From: an uncultured archaeon
GTDB taxonomy: Archaea > Aenigmatarchaeota > Aenigmatarchaeia > Aenigmatarchaeales > Aenigmatarchaeaceae
Length of the DNA: 35,228 nt
Assembly: GCA_964421545.1 (NCBI GenBank)
Contig: CAYQXC010000001.1
Coordinates: forward strand, 1 to 35,228
Reading direction: 5' to 3'
Below are positions 8,053 through 15,521 of this stretch, one piece after another. Position numbers and translations under genes: made by a program. The first letter of the stretch is position 1. Each line of letters starts with the position of its first letter. The notes under the pieces are model-generated. The model was not told the origin of the DNA. It saw only the letters and a program-made list of their open reading frames with translations, and did no database searches.

Positions 8053-8207
8053 GCCGCTGTGGCAGAACCAGGCAAATGCGCCAGACTTGAGGACAAATGA
8101 TTAGATGGCTTGACTCTGATTAGCGGAGAATGAAGAGTGATAGGCGAAATGATGTCAAGTTATCTGGTGCCCGCAAGGGCTTGCAGGTTCAAATCCTGCC
8201 GGCGGCG
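8053..8207 (+). tRNA. tRNA-Ser(UGA) with a 70-nt intron at the canonical 37/38 position (8092-8161)
   Basis: Acceptor GCCGCUG/CGGCGGC. D stem GCA/UGC. Anticodon stem CCAGA/UCUGG with loop CUUGAG|..|A. Long variable arm GCCC-GCAA-GGGC. T arm GCAGG-UUCAAAU-CCUGC. Discriminator G. Oligo-T follows. Confidence 0.9.
8093..8155 (+). ncRNA. Candidate box C/D guide RNA embedded in the tRNA-Ser intron
   Basis: Terminal stem ACA/UGU (8093-95 / 8153-55). C box AUGAUUA at 8097-8103. 12-nt spacer. D' box CUGA at 8116-8119. C' box AUGAAGA at 8130-8136. 12-nt spacer. D box AUGA at 8149-8152. Confidence 0.5.
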
Positions 8208-8242
8208 CCTCTTTTTTTATTTAGAAAAACAAATAGAACTAT

Positions 8243-8590
8243 ATGGTATTTTTAGCTCAGGCCATTCCAACTTCAGTAGATTCAATTATCCCACTCATTA
8301 TTAACATTGGCTTCAACGCAGCGACAGTCTGGCTGAGCGCGCAGCTTGTCACAGGCAGCGCGTCATTGAAAGGCGCACTCATATTCTCTGTGCTGACATA
8401 CATTGTTCTCATTTTTTTGGCATTCATCCCCATCCCTACAATACCGATTGTCAGCCTTACAATCCTTGTCGAGGTTCTGATAAAGAGCCTCTTTGCCATG
8501 AAGTTCTTTGACACGGACTTCCGCAAGGGCATATCCATAGCGGGCGTGCAGACCCTGTTCGGCTTCATGCTTATTATACCCTACTTCTAG
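8243..8590 (+). CDS. Hypothetical integral membrane protein (3-4 TM)
   Basis: Hydrophobic 115-aa ORF with no recognisable motif. Confidence 0.45.
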   Translation: MVFLAQAIPTSVDSIIPLIINIGFNAATVWLSAQLVTGSASLKGALIFSVLTYIVLIFLAFIPIPTIPIVSLTILVEVLIKSLFAMKFFDTDFRKGISIAGVQTLFGFMLIIPYF

Positions 8591-8593
8591 TCC

Positions 8594-9835
8594 TTACTTG
8601 GTCTTTACGCTGGAAACCTTCTTGGTTTTCTCCATCTTGGTGTCAAACCTTTTCATCTTTCTTCCCACTATGGAGACGCCAAGTGTAGAAACAACAACGC
8701 TTGCGATTATCACAACAATTATTATGTCAGGGAATATTTCTGAGCCTGGAATGTTGGATGCCCTTACAACCTCTGCAAGAACTGCTGCCGCCAGGCCCCT
8801 TCCCATGATGGATGTCATGAGCATCTTGTTGCCTTCAAGTATCTTGTCCTTGAATGAGACGGCAGTCACAGCAACATACCTTGAGGCAAGGAGAATGAGG
8901 GTTATTACTATGCCGAAAAATATGGCCAGGTAATTGTTAACAGCAAATATCAGGCCGATGAACACAAAGAAGAAAGTCCTTATGAAGAAAGACACCTGTG
9001 ACTGGAACTTCTTCATGACCTTGCTGGCTTCCACACGCTCTTTTATTCCCAAGACCCTGAAAACCCTTATTCCATTACCTAGGACCAAGCCAAATGTAAG
9101 CGCGAATATGGCGCCGTTGCCTCCCAATGACTCTGTTATCGAGTAAAACAGAAGCACAACAGCCAGTGTCAGTATGTCATCGTATATTTCCTTCTTTATG
9201 AACCTCATTATTTTCAGCCAGAAGACCCCAAAGACCAGGCCTATAACAATGGCAATGGAGAATGCTCCCGCAATCTTGTTGCTCGCGTCGTAAAGGCCGC
9301 CGTTAACAGGGCTTATCAAGAACTGGAGAATGGTCAGGCCAAATACAACAACCAATGCGTCAGTAAATGCTGACTCGAGGCTCAGGATAGTGGATATCTT
9401 GTCATTGACCTTTACCCTCGTTATAAGAGGTATTACAACAGAAGAGCTTATGCCGCCCACTATTGCTCCCAGAAGCATGCCGTTCAGGAACTCCCACTGA
9501 AGAATGAAGTGTGTGTAGAATGTCACGAAGGACATTGAGAGGAAAAAGCCTAGCAGTGTAAGTGCTGTTGCTCTTGGGCTGTCCTGCAACACTTTTTTGA
9601 TGTTAAGGTTGAGGCCGCCATCAAAAAGTATTATAACTAGAGCCAGAGATGCAAAAATCTCTGAGAGAGGACTTAGCAGGGTAGGGTCTATTACCTTGAA
9701 TATCGGGCCCAACAGGAAGCCCACTGCCACAAGCAATATTATGTCAGGCACACTTGTTCTTTTAAATAGATAGTTTCCTATAAAACCTAAGATTAGGATT
9801 ATGCCGGCAAGTGCGAATGTCAGAATGACGGACAT
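8594..9835 (-). CDS. Cation:proton antiporter (NhaP/CPA1-like Na+/H+ exchanger)
   Basis: 413 aa and about 11-12 TM. ..LALVIILFDGGLNLN.. motif typical of Na+/H+ exchanger family proteins. Confidence 0.7.
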   Translation of the reverse strand: MSVILTFALAGIILILGFIGNYLFKRTSVPDIILLVAVGFLLGPIFKVIDPTLLSPLSEIFASLALVIILFDGGLNLNIKKVLQDSPRATALTLLGFFLSMSFVTFYTHFILQWEFLNGMLLGAIVGGISSSVVIPLITRVKVNDKISTILSLESAFTDALVVVFGLTILQFLISPVNGGLYDASNKIAGAFSIAIVIGLVFGVFWLKIMRFIKKEIYDDILTLAVVLLFYSITESLGGNGAIFALTFGLVLGNGIRVFRVLGIKERVEASKVMKKFQSQVSFFIRTFFFVFIGLIFAVNNYLAIFFGIVITLILLASRYVAVTAVSFKDKILEGNKMLMTSIMGRGLAAAVLAEVVRASNIPGSEIFPDIIIVVIIASVVVSTLGVSIVGRKMKRFDTKMEKTKKVSSVKTK

Positions 9836-9860
9836 AAATAAAATATCAGATAAGCCAAAT

Positions 9861-9887
9861 ATAAATCTTCCCAGAAATAAGATTTAT
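9861..9887. promoter_or_regulatory. 9-bp inverted repeat carrying divergent TATA-like elements (antiporter / uS13 promoters)
   Basis: ATAAATCTT (9861-9869), 9-nt spacer, AAGATTTAT (9879-9887). Each arm lies about 27-35 nt from the start codon it faces. Confidence 0.35.
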
Positions 9888-9921
9888 AAACATTGGTCTT
9901 TATAATGAAAAAAGTGGTTTA

Positions 9922-10584
9922 ATGGGAGTTACCAAAGTAAAGGACCCAAAAAAGAGCAAAGAGGGCAAGAAAAGCCCTGTGAAGAAAAAGGAAATTGTCA
10001 AAGAGAAGAAGGTCAGGAAGTCCATAGAGGGCGTTAGGGGAATTGTCAGGATTGCGGAAGTTGATTTGGACGGCAACAAGAAGCTGAAAAACTCACTGAT
10101 AAGGATCAAGGGCATTGGGAAGACCTTGGCGTCTGCTGTTGTTATTTCTTCTGGCCTGGATCCTGATGCATATCTGGGTAGCCTGAACGAGGAGCAGATC
10201 AAGAAACTGGAGGATGTCATGAGGAACCCCCTGAATTACGGCATACCAAGGTATATGATTAATAGGAGGCTGGATCCAGCAACAGGTAAGGACATGCACT
10301 TGGTCAGTTCTCAATTAAGATTCTCTGTCAAGTCTGATATTGATGCAATGAGGAAGATGCGCTGCTACAAGGGAATCAGGCACGAGTTAGGGTTGCCTGT
10401 AAGGGGCCAGAGGACAAGGACAAGCTTCAGGGGAGGCAGGGCTGTGGGCGTTGCAAAGAAGAAGGAATTGAGAAAGGCGGCCAGAAAAGAGGCGCCCAAG
10501 GCAACTGGGACAAAGGCAGCGCCTGCAAAATCAGCCCCGGCAAAAGCAGTTCCAGCAGCAAAAGGCGGTAAAGGTAAAAAGTGA
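9922..10584 (+). CDS. rps13: 30S ribosomal protein uS13 with Lys-rich N-terminal and Ala/Pro/Lys-rich C-terminal extensions
   Basis: Core IVRIAEVDLDGNKKLKNSLIRIKGIGKTLA...RCYKGIRHELGLPVRGQRTRT. About 37 aa of N-extension has no alternative start codon. The C-tail is ..KATGTKAAPAKSAPAKAVPAAKGGKGKK. Confidence 0.9.
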   Translation: MGVTKVKDPKKSKEGKKSPVKKKEIVKEKKVRKSIEGVRGIVRIAEVDLDGNKKLKNSLIRIKGIGKTLASAVVISSGLDPDAYLGSLNEEQIKKLEDVMRNPLNYGIPRYMINRRLDPATGKDMHLVSSQLRFSVKSDIDAMRKMRCYKGIRHELGLPVRGQRTRTSFRGGRAVGVAKKKELRKAARKEAPKATGTKAAPAKSAPAKAVPAAKGGKGKK

Positions 10585-10588
10585 TTGG

Positions 10589-11080
10589 ATGAAAAAGTCA
10601 AGGAAAAAGTTTGGGAAGCCGCTGAGGCCATGGGACAAGACAAGATTAGAGGAAGAGAGAAAGATAGAACAGGACTATGGCTTGAGAAGGAAAAAGGAAA
10701 TATGGAGAATAGAGTCAATCCTTAGAAACTACAGGAGAATAGCAAGGAACCTTGCAGCTACCACTGACAAGGAAAAGGAAAAGATACTTCTGGACAAGCT
10801 CTTCAAGATGGGTCTGGTCAGCAAGGGCGATGACTTGGATGATGTCTTGGCTTTGACAACTGAAAAGCTTCTTGAGAGGAGATTGCAGACTTTGGTGTTC
10901 AAGAGAGGCTTGGCATCAACCTCCAAGCAGGCAAGGCAGTTCATTGTCCACGGCCACATAGCTGTTGACGGCAGAAAGGTCAGGTGGCCAAGTATGATTG
11001 TTCCCCTAGCAGAGGAGAACAGCATAAGCTTTTATGAAAAAAGCAAGGTGAAAGGTGTTAAAATTGAGAAGAAGTCCTAG
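10589..11080 (+). CDS. rps4: 30S ribosomal protein uS4
   Basis: S4 domain ..[35 protein letters not shown].. with matching synteny. Confidence 0.9.
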   Translation: MKKSRKKFGKPLRPWDKTRLEEERKIEQDYGLRRKKEIWRIESILRNYRRIARNLAATTDKEKEKILLDKLFKMGLVSKGDDLDDVLALTTEKLLERRLQTLVFKRGLASTSKQARQFIVHGHIAVDGRKVRWPSMIVPLAEENSISFYEKSKVKGVKIEKKS

Positions 11081-11468
11081 CGAAAATCTTAAGTGGGGCA
11101 TAGCCCACATATTCAGCTCATCAAACAACACAATCATAACAATAACTGACATAACAGGAGCCGAGATAATAGCAAGGTTCTCGGCAGGAATGATGACTGA
11201 CAAGGACAGGGAGGGGGGATCTCCATACCCTGCACTGCGTGCAGCATTAAAAGCTGCTGACACTGCCTTGGAGAAGGGAGTCAATGCTGTTCATATCAGG
11301 GTCAGGGCTCCCGGTGGAATAAAATCAAAGAGTCCCGGAGCAGGGGCGCAGCCAGCAATAAGGGCTCTGGCAAGGGCCGGCATGAGAATAGGAAGAATAG
11401 AGGACGTGACGCCTTTGGGACATGGCTTTATGAAGTCAAAGGGCGGCAGAAGGGGAAGAAGGATTTAA
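11055..11468 (+). CDS. rps11: 30S ribosomal protein uS11
   Basis: [25 protein letters not shown]...[10 protein letters not shown]. The start is ambiguous (GTG 11055 or TTG 11064) and overlaps the uS4 end. Confidence 0.88.
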   Translation: MLKLRRSPSENLKWGIAHIFSSSNNTIITITDITGAEIIARFSAGMMTDKDREGGSPYPALRAALKAADTALEKGVNAVHIRVRAPGGIKSKSPGAGAQPAIRALARAGMRIGRIEDVTPLGHGFMKSKGGRRGRRI

Positions 11469-11516
11469 AAAGAGAAAATTAATAAGTAATGGTAACAATC
11501 TTTACTAAGTGATAGC

Positions 11517-12302
11517 TTGAAAGTGAAAATACTAGACAAAAACGACACAGAGATAAAATTCTTGTTAGAGGAGTCCAACCCGCAGTTTGCGAACGCCTTG
11601 AGAAGAATAATGATATCCGAAATCCCAATACTCACTGTCGAGTATGCGGATTTTATTGCAAACAATTCTGTTTTGTATAACGAGCTCATTGCGCACAGGC
11701 TGGGTCTGATACCCTTGGTTTTCGACAGCAAGAAGTTCCACTTCAGGGACAAGCACGACAAGGGCAAGACATGCTCCTTCTGCGAGGTGGTCTTTGCAAT
11801 AAACAAGAAGGGACCCTGCGTTGTCTACACAAAGGACATGAAGTCGAGCAACCCCGACGTGAAGCCCCTCTATGACAACATTCCGATTGTCGAGCTGTTC
11901 GAGGGCCAGAACCTGAAGCTTGAGGCATCCGCATCCCTGGGAACAGGGAGGGACCACGCAAGGTACCAGTCAGCCATAGCGTCCTACAGGTATTTCCCGA
12001 CAGTCAAGATAACTGGCAAGCTTGCCAATCCAGAGGAATGCGTCAAGGCGTGCCCAAAGAAAGCGCTTTCAATCAAAGGCAGCAAGGCGTCTGTTAATAA
12101 TAATTGCGACTTGTGCAAGGAATGCGTCAACATCGCTAATCCCAAGGGAAGCCTGGAAATCAAGGGCGACCCAACAAGCTTCATATTCGATGTTGAATCT
12201 GTTTCTGGATTGAAGGCTGATGAGATTGTCTACCAGGCTGTGGACATCCTCAAGAAGAAGGTCAAGGCCTTTGGCAAGGAAGTCAAGAAAATAAAGGCTT
12301 AA
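11517..12302 (+). CDS. rpoD: DNA-directed RNA polymerase subunit D (Rpo3) with a ferredoxin-like Cys cluster
   Basis: FANALRRIMISEIP.. alpha-like motif. CVKACPKK...CDLCKEC cysteine cluster. Synteny after uS11. Non-ATG start (TTG 11517 or GTG 11523). Confidence 0.88.
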   Translation: MKVKILDKNDTEIKFLLEESNPQFANALRRIMISEIPILTVEYADFIANNSVLYNELIAHRLGLIPLVFDSKKFHFRDKHDKGKTCSFCEVVFAINKKGPCVVYTKDMKSSNPDVKPLYDNIPIVELFEGQNLKLEASASLGTGRDHARYQSAIASYRYFPTVKITGKLANPEECVKACPKKALSIKGSKASVNNNCDLCKECVNIANPKGSLEIKGDPTSFIFDVESVSGLKADEIVYQAVDILKKKVKAFGKEVKKIKA

Positions 12303-12337
12303 ATAATTAATCTTTGCAGTATTTTATAGTGATAGTA

Positions 12338-12547
12338 ATGATGGATCCAAATTTAATTCCTACTGCTGTAATGTTTCTTGGTATTGGATATCCCTTTGCT
12401 GAGTATTTATCTTACACTGGCACAAAACATCTTCTTGAAACAGGGCAATGTAAATACGAAGAATTGCCGGGAATACGCAAGATATTTCCCGTTACTAGAC
12501 TTAAATTGTATTTAGAAAGAAGAAAACAAAATAAAGACCAGTCATAA
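12338..12547 (+). CDS. Hypothetical small protein (weak call)
   Basis: AT-rich ORF MMDPNLIPTAVMFLGIGYPF.. with no motif. It may not be expressed. Confidence 0.25.
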   Translation: MMDPNLIPTAVMFLGIGYPFAEYLSYTGTKHLLETGQCKYEELPGIRKIFPVTRLKLYLERRKQNKDQS

Positions 12548-12603
12548 TTTCAATTCAGCCAGAATAGCAAATTTATAAGCTTCTTCTCATATTTTTTAAT
12601 CAC

Positions 12604-12781
12604 GCGGAGGTAGCCAAGTCTGGTCAAAATGTCCGCAAAGCGAACATGATCACAGGCGCAGGACACTTGCTGTGCGATACTTAAGATCAGACGCTTAAGT
12701 TTTGAGGCAAGGCAACTTGCTAGAGATGAGATATCCTGTCTCTTAGTGGGTTCGTCGGTTCAAATCCGGCCCTCCGCACCA
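12604..12781 (+). tRNA. tRNA-Leu (type II, probable anticodon UAA) interrupted by a D-arm insert (about 12629-12654) and anticodon-region insert(s) (12664-12733). CCA is encoded.
   Basis: GCGGAGG-UA-GCC-AAGUCUGGUCAAA..[26 nt]..GGC-G-CAGGA..[70 nt]..UCCUG, then a long variable arm, GUCGG-UUCAAAU-CCGGC, CCUCCGC-A-CCA. Discriminator A. Conserved position between rpoD and rpl18e. Confidence 0.75.
12759..12779 (+). repeat. Direct repeat copy 1 (T-loop plus 3' acceptor strand of tRNA-Leu), attL-like
   Basis: TTCAAATCCGGCCCTCCGCAC is identical to 13629-13649. Confidence 0.9.
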
Positions 12782-12835
12782 TTTTTTTCACAAGGAGGGA
12801 CGGAGTATATATTTTGTAAATTCTAAATTGATTTT

Positions 12836-13582
12836 ATGAATAAAAAACCTGAAACTATAGAAGAACATTGGGATATTTTATACAGTAAATATCCAGAAGT
12901 TTATAATGAACTTGCTGCAAGTGAATATGCTGATGGAACAATAATCAAAACTGTTAGAAAAATAGTCAATCTAAAAAACAAGACTGTCGTAGATATTGGT
13001 TCTGGTACAGGATTGTCTACATTTGAGGTAGCCAAGCATGCTAAATTTGTCTATGGGATAGAACCAGAAAAAGCTATGAAAGTCAAAGCTGTTAAGAATG
13101 CTAAAAAAATGAATGTCAAGAATGTCAAGTTCTTGAAAGGACAAGCGGAGAAAATACCAATGAAAGATAATTCTGTAGACGTGGCAACTGCCTTTACAAG
13201 TATTCCTTCTAACTACTCTGATTTCTCTAACATACCAAAGATGGTTAAAGATGTTGTGAGAGAAGTTTCAAGAGTCGTTAAGAAAAATGGTTATTTTATT
13301 ATAGCTAATCTGCCTCCCAAATGGGGCGGAGGAGAATTAGCACCTATTCTACATGGAAAAACCAGAGAAAGAAAGGGAAGTTTTGCTTCAATATTAGATA
13401 AAAGTCTAAGAAAAGGGTTCAAATACAAGGATATATTTGTTTATTCTAGATTCGGTTCATTAAAAAAGGCTTTAGAGGTATATGGATTCATTTTTGGTAA
13501 AAAAGCAATTTATTATTTGAAAAAACACAACAAATCAACAATAAAATGGAAATTCAGAATATACTACAAAAAGTTTGATTAA
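12836..13582 (+). CDS. Class I SAM-dependent methyltransferase
   Basis: Motif I VVDIGSGTGLST. Acidic post-I residue (YGIEPE). ..VDVATAF.. motif. Visibly more AT-rich than flanking r-protein genes. Confidence 0.7.
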   Translation: MNKKPETIEEHWDILYSKYPEVYNELAASEYADGTIIKTVRKIVNLKNKTVVDIGSGTGLSTFEVAKHAKFVYGIEPEKAMKVKAVKNAKKMNVKNVKFLKGQAEKIPMKDNSVDVATAFTSIPSNYSDFSNIPKMVKDVVREVSRVVKKNGYFIIANLPPKWGGGELAPILHGKTRERKGSFASILDKSLRKGFKYKDIFVYSRFGSLKKALEVYGFIFGKKAIYYLKKHNKSTIKWKFRIYYKKFD

Positions 13583-13628
13583 AATGTCAAAAGGAAGAGG
13601 GTTAAGGGAGAAACGCAGTTTCTCCTTA

Positions 13629-13649
13629 TTCAAATCCGGCCCTCCGCAC
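13629..13649 (+). repeat. Direct repeat copy 2 (orphan tRNA-Leu 3' fragment), attR-like
   Basis: TTCAAATCCGGCCCTCCGCAC. The upstream sequence cannot form the T stem, so this is not a functional tRNA. A hairpin AAGGGAGAAAC-GCAG-TTTCTCCTT precedes it. Confidence 0.9.
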
Positions 13650-13712
13650 TCATTTTACTTGAGAACAAGCTTAACAAAAGCTTTAAAAATTTAAGAAATA
13701 AAACAGATTAAC

Positions 13713-14078
13713 ATGCCTAAAAGAACGGGACCTACAAATCCCATAATGAAGAAGCTAATAGAAGACATGCGCAATCAGGGCCATAAGGAAAAGATACCCT
13801 TCCTGATTGAGATAGCCAAGAAGCTGGAGAAGTCAAAGAGAATGAAGCCAGAGATCAATCTATCAAAGTTAAACAGGGTGTGCAAGGACAAGGAAACAGC
13901 CATTGTTCCTGGTAAAGTATTGTCATCCGGGATACTGAAGAAGTCCTTGACAGTGGCTGCTGCAAGCTTTTCCATGAAAGCGGTCGAGAAAATACAGAAT
14001 GCTGGCGGGAAAACCTTATCAATTAGAGAGCTGATAAATAGTAATCCGAAAGGAAAGGACGTCAGGATAGTGATATGA
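13713..14078 (+). CDS. rpl18e: 50S ribosomal protein eL18
   Basis: MPKRTGPTNPIMKKLIEDM... is typical of L18e, with matching synteny. Confidence 0.88.
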   Translation: MPKRTGPTNPIMKKLIEDMRNQGHKEKIPFLIEIAKKLEKSKRMKPEINLSKLNRVCKDKETAIVPGKVLSSGILKKSLTVAAASFSMKAVEKIQNAGGKTLSIRELINSNPKGKDVRIVI

Positions 14079-14482
14079 TGATTGTGAATGCGGAGAACGC
14101 GATTCTGGGAAGGCTGGCAGCCAAGGTTGCCAAGGAGCTCCTGAAGGGCCAGCAGATAGTTGTTATAAACTCTGAAAAAATAATCGTTTCAGGAAATCCC
14201 AATGCCGTGATAAGCAGGTTCAGGGAGAAGAGGGAGAAGGGAGACTCGCACAAGGGGCCGTTCTATCCGAGATATCCTGACAGGATATTCAGAAGGACTG
14301 TCAGGGGAATGCTTCCCTACAAAAAGGGGAGGGGCAGCAAATCATTAAAAAGGCTCAAGGTCTATATTGGAAATCCAGACAGCCTGAAAGGAGAGAAGAT
14401 GGGCAAGACAATGGACGACCTGACATGCAAGTTCATAACTTTGGAGAAAGTATGCAAGAGAATGGGTGCTAAACTTGGCTAA
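14075..14482 (+). CDS. rpl13: 50S ribosomal protein uL13
   Basis: IVNAENAILGRLAAKVAKELLKGQQIVVINSEKI... is a uL13 N-terminus. Has a 4-nt overlap with rpl18e. Confidence 0.9.
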   Translation: MMIVNAENAILGRLAAKVAKELLKGQQIVVINSEKIIVSGNPNAVISRFREKREKGDSHKGPFYPRYPDRIFRRTVRGMLPYKKGRGSKSLKRLKVYIGNPDSLKGEKMGKTMDDLTCKFITLEKVCKRMGAKLG

Positions 14483-14882
14483 GAAAAAACAGATCAGTGC
14501 AACGGGAAAGAGAAAAAGGGCGGTTGCTAGGGCTTTTGCCAAGAAGGGCACTGGGAACATTTTCATAAACAAGAAGTCCCTGGAAATCTACGAGCCAGAG
14601 GCGATAAGGCTCATGATAAGGGAGCCCCTCATAATAGGCGAGGACGCTGCCAAGAAACTGGACATAAGCATCAATGTCAGGGGCGGGGGAATATTCGGCC
14701 AGGCCTCTGCTGTAAGGCAGGCAATTGCAAAGATTCTTGTAAGCCATGACAAAAAACTAAAGGAAAAGTTTTTAAGTTACGACAAGTCATTATTGATAGC
14801 TGACGTGAGGAGAACCGAGCCTCACAAGCCTTCTAGAAGCAAGGCAGGACCAAGAAGGCACAAGCAAAGGTCAAAGAGATGA
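14466..14882 (+). CDS. rps9: 30S ribosomal protein uS9
   Basis: ..SATGKRKRAVARA...GGGIFGQASAVRQAIAKIL...DVRRTEPHKPSRSKAGPRRHKQRSKR. Non-ATG start (GTG 14466 or TTG 14475). Confidence 0.9.
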   Translation: MLNLAKKKQISATGKRKRAVARAFAKKGTGNIFINKKSLEIYEPEAIRLMIREPLIIGEDAAKKLDISINVRGGGIFGQASAVRQAIAKILVSHDKKLKEKFLSYDKSLLIADVRRTEPHKPSRSKAGPRRHKQRSKR

Positions 14883-14886
14883 AAGA

Positions 14887-15081
14887 ATGATTATACCTGT
14901 TCGCTGCATGAGCTGTGGAAAAGTTGTTGCCCAGTTGTGGGAAACTTTCCAGGAAAGGATCAAGCAGGGAGAAGACCCTAAGCTTGTTCTCGACGATTTG
15001 GGCTTGAAGAGATACTGCTGCAGGTCGCTGTTTCTGACGCACGTTGACACCTACAAGCAGATAGCCAAGTACAAAAGATAA
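14887..15081 (+). CDS. rpoN: RNA polymerase subunit N (Rpo10)
   Basis: MIIPVRCMSCGKV...LGLKRYCCRSLFLTHVD zinc-binding motif. Confidence 0.92.
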   Translation: MIIPVRCMSCGKVVAQLWETFQERIKQGEDPKLVLDDLGLKRYCCRSLFLTHVDTYKQIAKYKR

Positions 15082-15121
15082 TAAAATATATTTATTGGAA
15101 TCTATAATTTCTTTAGATACC

Positions 15122-15340
15122 ATGGAGATAAATGTTCTTGTCAAGCCCAACGCGAAATATTCCCAAGTAATAAGAATAACAAAGTACGACTACAAGGTGA
15201 GCGTTGACGCTCCTGCCAAAGATGGAAAGGCCAACAAGCGCCTTATAGAAATTCTGGCAGAGCATTTTGAGGTTCCCAGGTCTTACATTTCTATTGTAAG
15301 AGGCTTCAAGAGCAAGAGGAAGGTTATCAGGGTTGGATGA
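15122..15340 (+). CDS. DUF167 (YggU/UPF0235) family protein
   Basis: VKPNAKYSQV...VSVDAPAKDGKANKRLIEILAEHFEVPRSYISIVRGFKSKRKVIRV is the family signature. Confidence 0.75.
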   Translation: MEINVLVKPNAKYSQVIRITKYDYKVSVDAPAKDGKANKRLIEILAEHFEVPRSYISIVRGFKSKRKVIRVG

Positions 15341-15394
15341 ACTAAAATACAAACTAATAAAAGATTAATAAACATAAGGATAATGTTTTCTTAA

Positions 15395-15484
15395 GGGTCC
15401 GTCGTATAGCTTGGTCTAGTATATACGCTTGGGGAAGTGAAATCCAAATTGTGTATGACCCCGGTTCAAATCCGGGCGGGCCCA
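15395..15484 (+). tRNA. tRNA-Pro(GGG) with a 15-nt canonical intron (15435-15449)
   Basis: Acceptor GGGUCCG/CGGGCCC. Anticodon stem UACGC/GUGUA with loop UUGGGG|..|U. BHB helix UUGG(15429-32)/CCAA(15444-47) with 3-nt bulges GGA and AUU. T arm CCCGG-UUCAAAU-CCGGG. Discriminator A. Confidence 0.85.
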
Positions 15485-15521
15485 CTTTATTTTTAAAACA
15501 AAATAACATTAATTATTTTAT

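Larger units (their letters stand above)
12782..13649 (+). mobile_element. Putative integrated-element remnant or gene cassette bounded by duplicated tRNA-Leu 3' ends
   Basis: A 21-bp perfect direct repeat flanks one AT-rich methyltransferase gene that interrupts the otherwise conserved rpoD-tRNALeu-rpl18e order. No integrase is present. Confidence 0.4.

Noticed and set aside
12314-12547. 77-aa ORF from a TTG start
   Set aside because: It has no motif, is AT-rich and sits in the tRNA-Leu promoter-proximal spacer. I kept it only as a low-confidence feature from the internal ATG.
12629-12733. Box C/D motifs in the tRNA-Leu inserts (AUGAUCA at 12646, GAUGAGA at 12725)
   Set aside because: No partner D or D' box lies at a 12-nt spacing and there is no terminal stem, unlike the tRNA-Ser intron.
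13583-13649. Second copy of the tRNA-Leu 3' end as a split-tRNA 3' half or a second tRNA gene
   Set aside because: The sequence upstream of TTCAAAT (CCTTA) cannot pair with CCGGC to form a T stem. No D or anticodon arms are present, so it is only a duplicated fragment.
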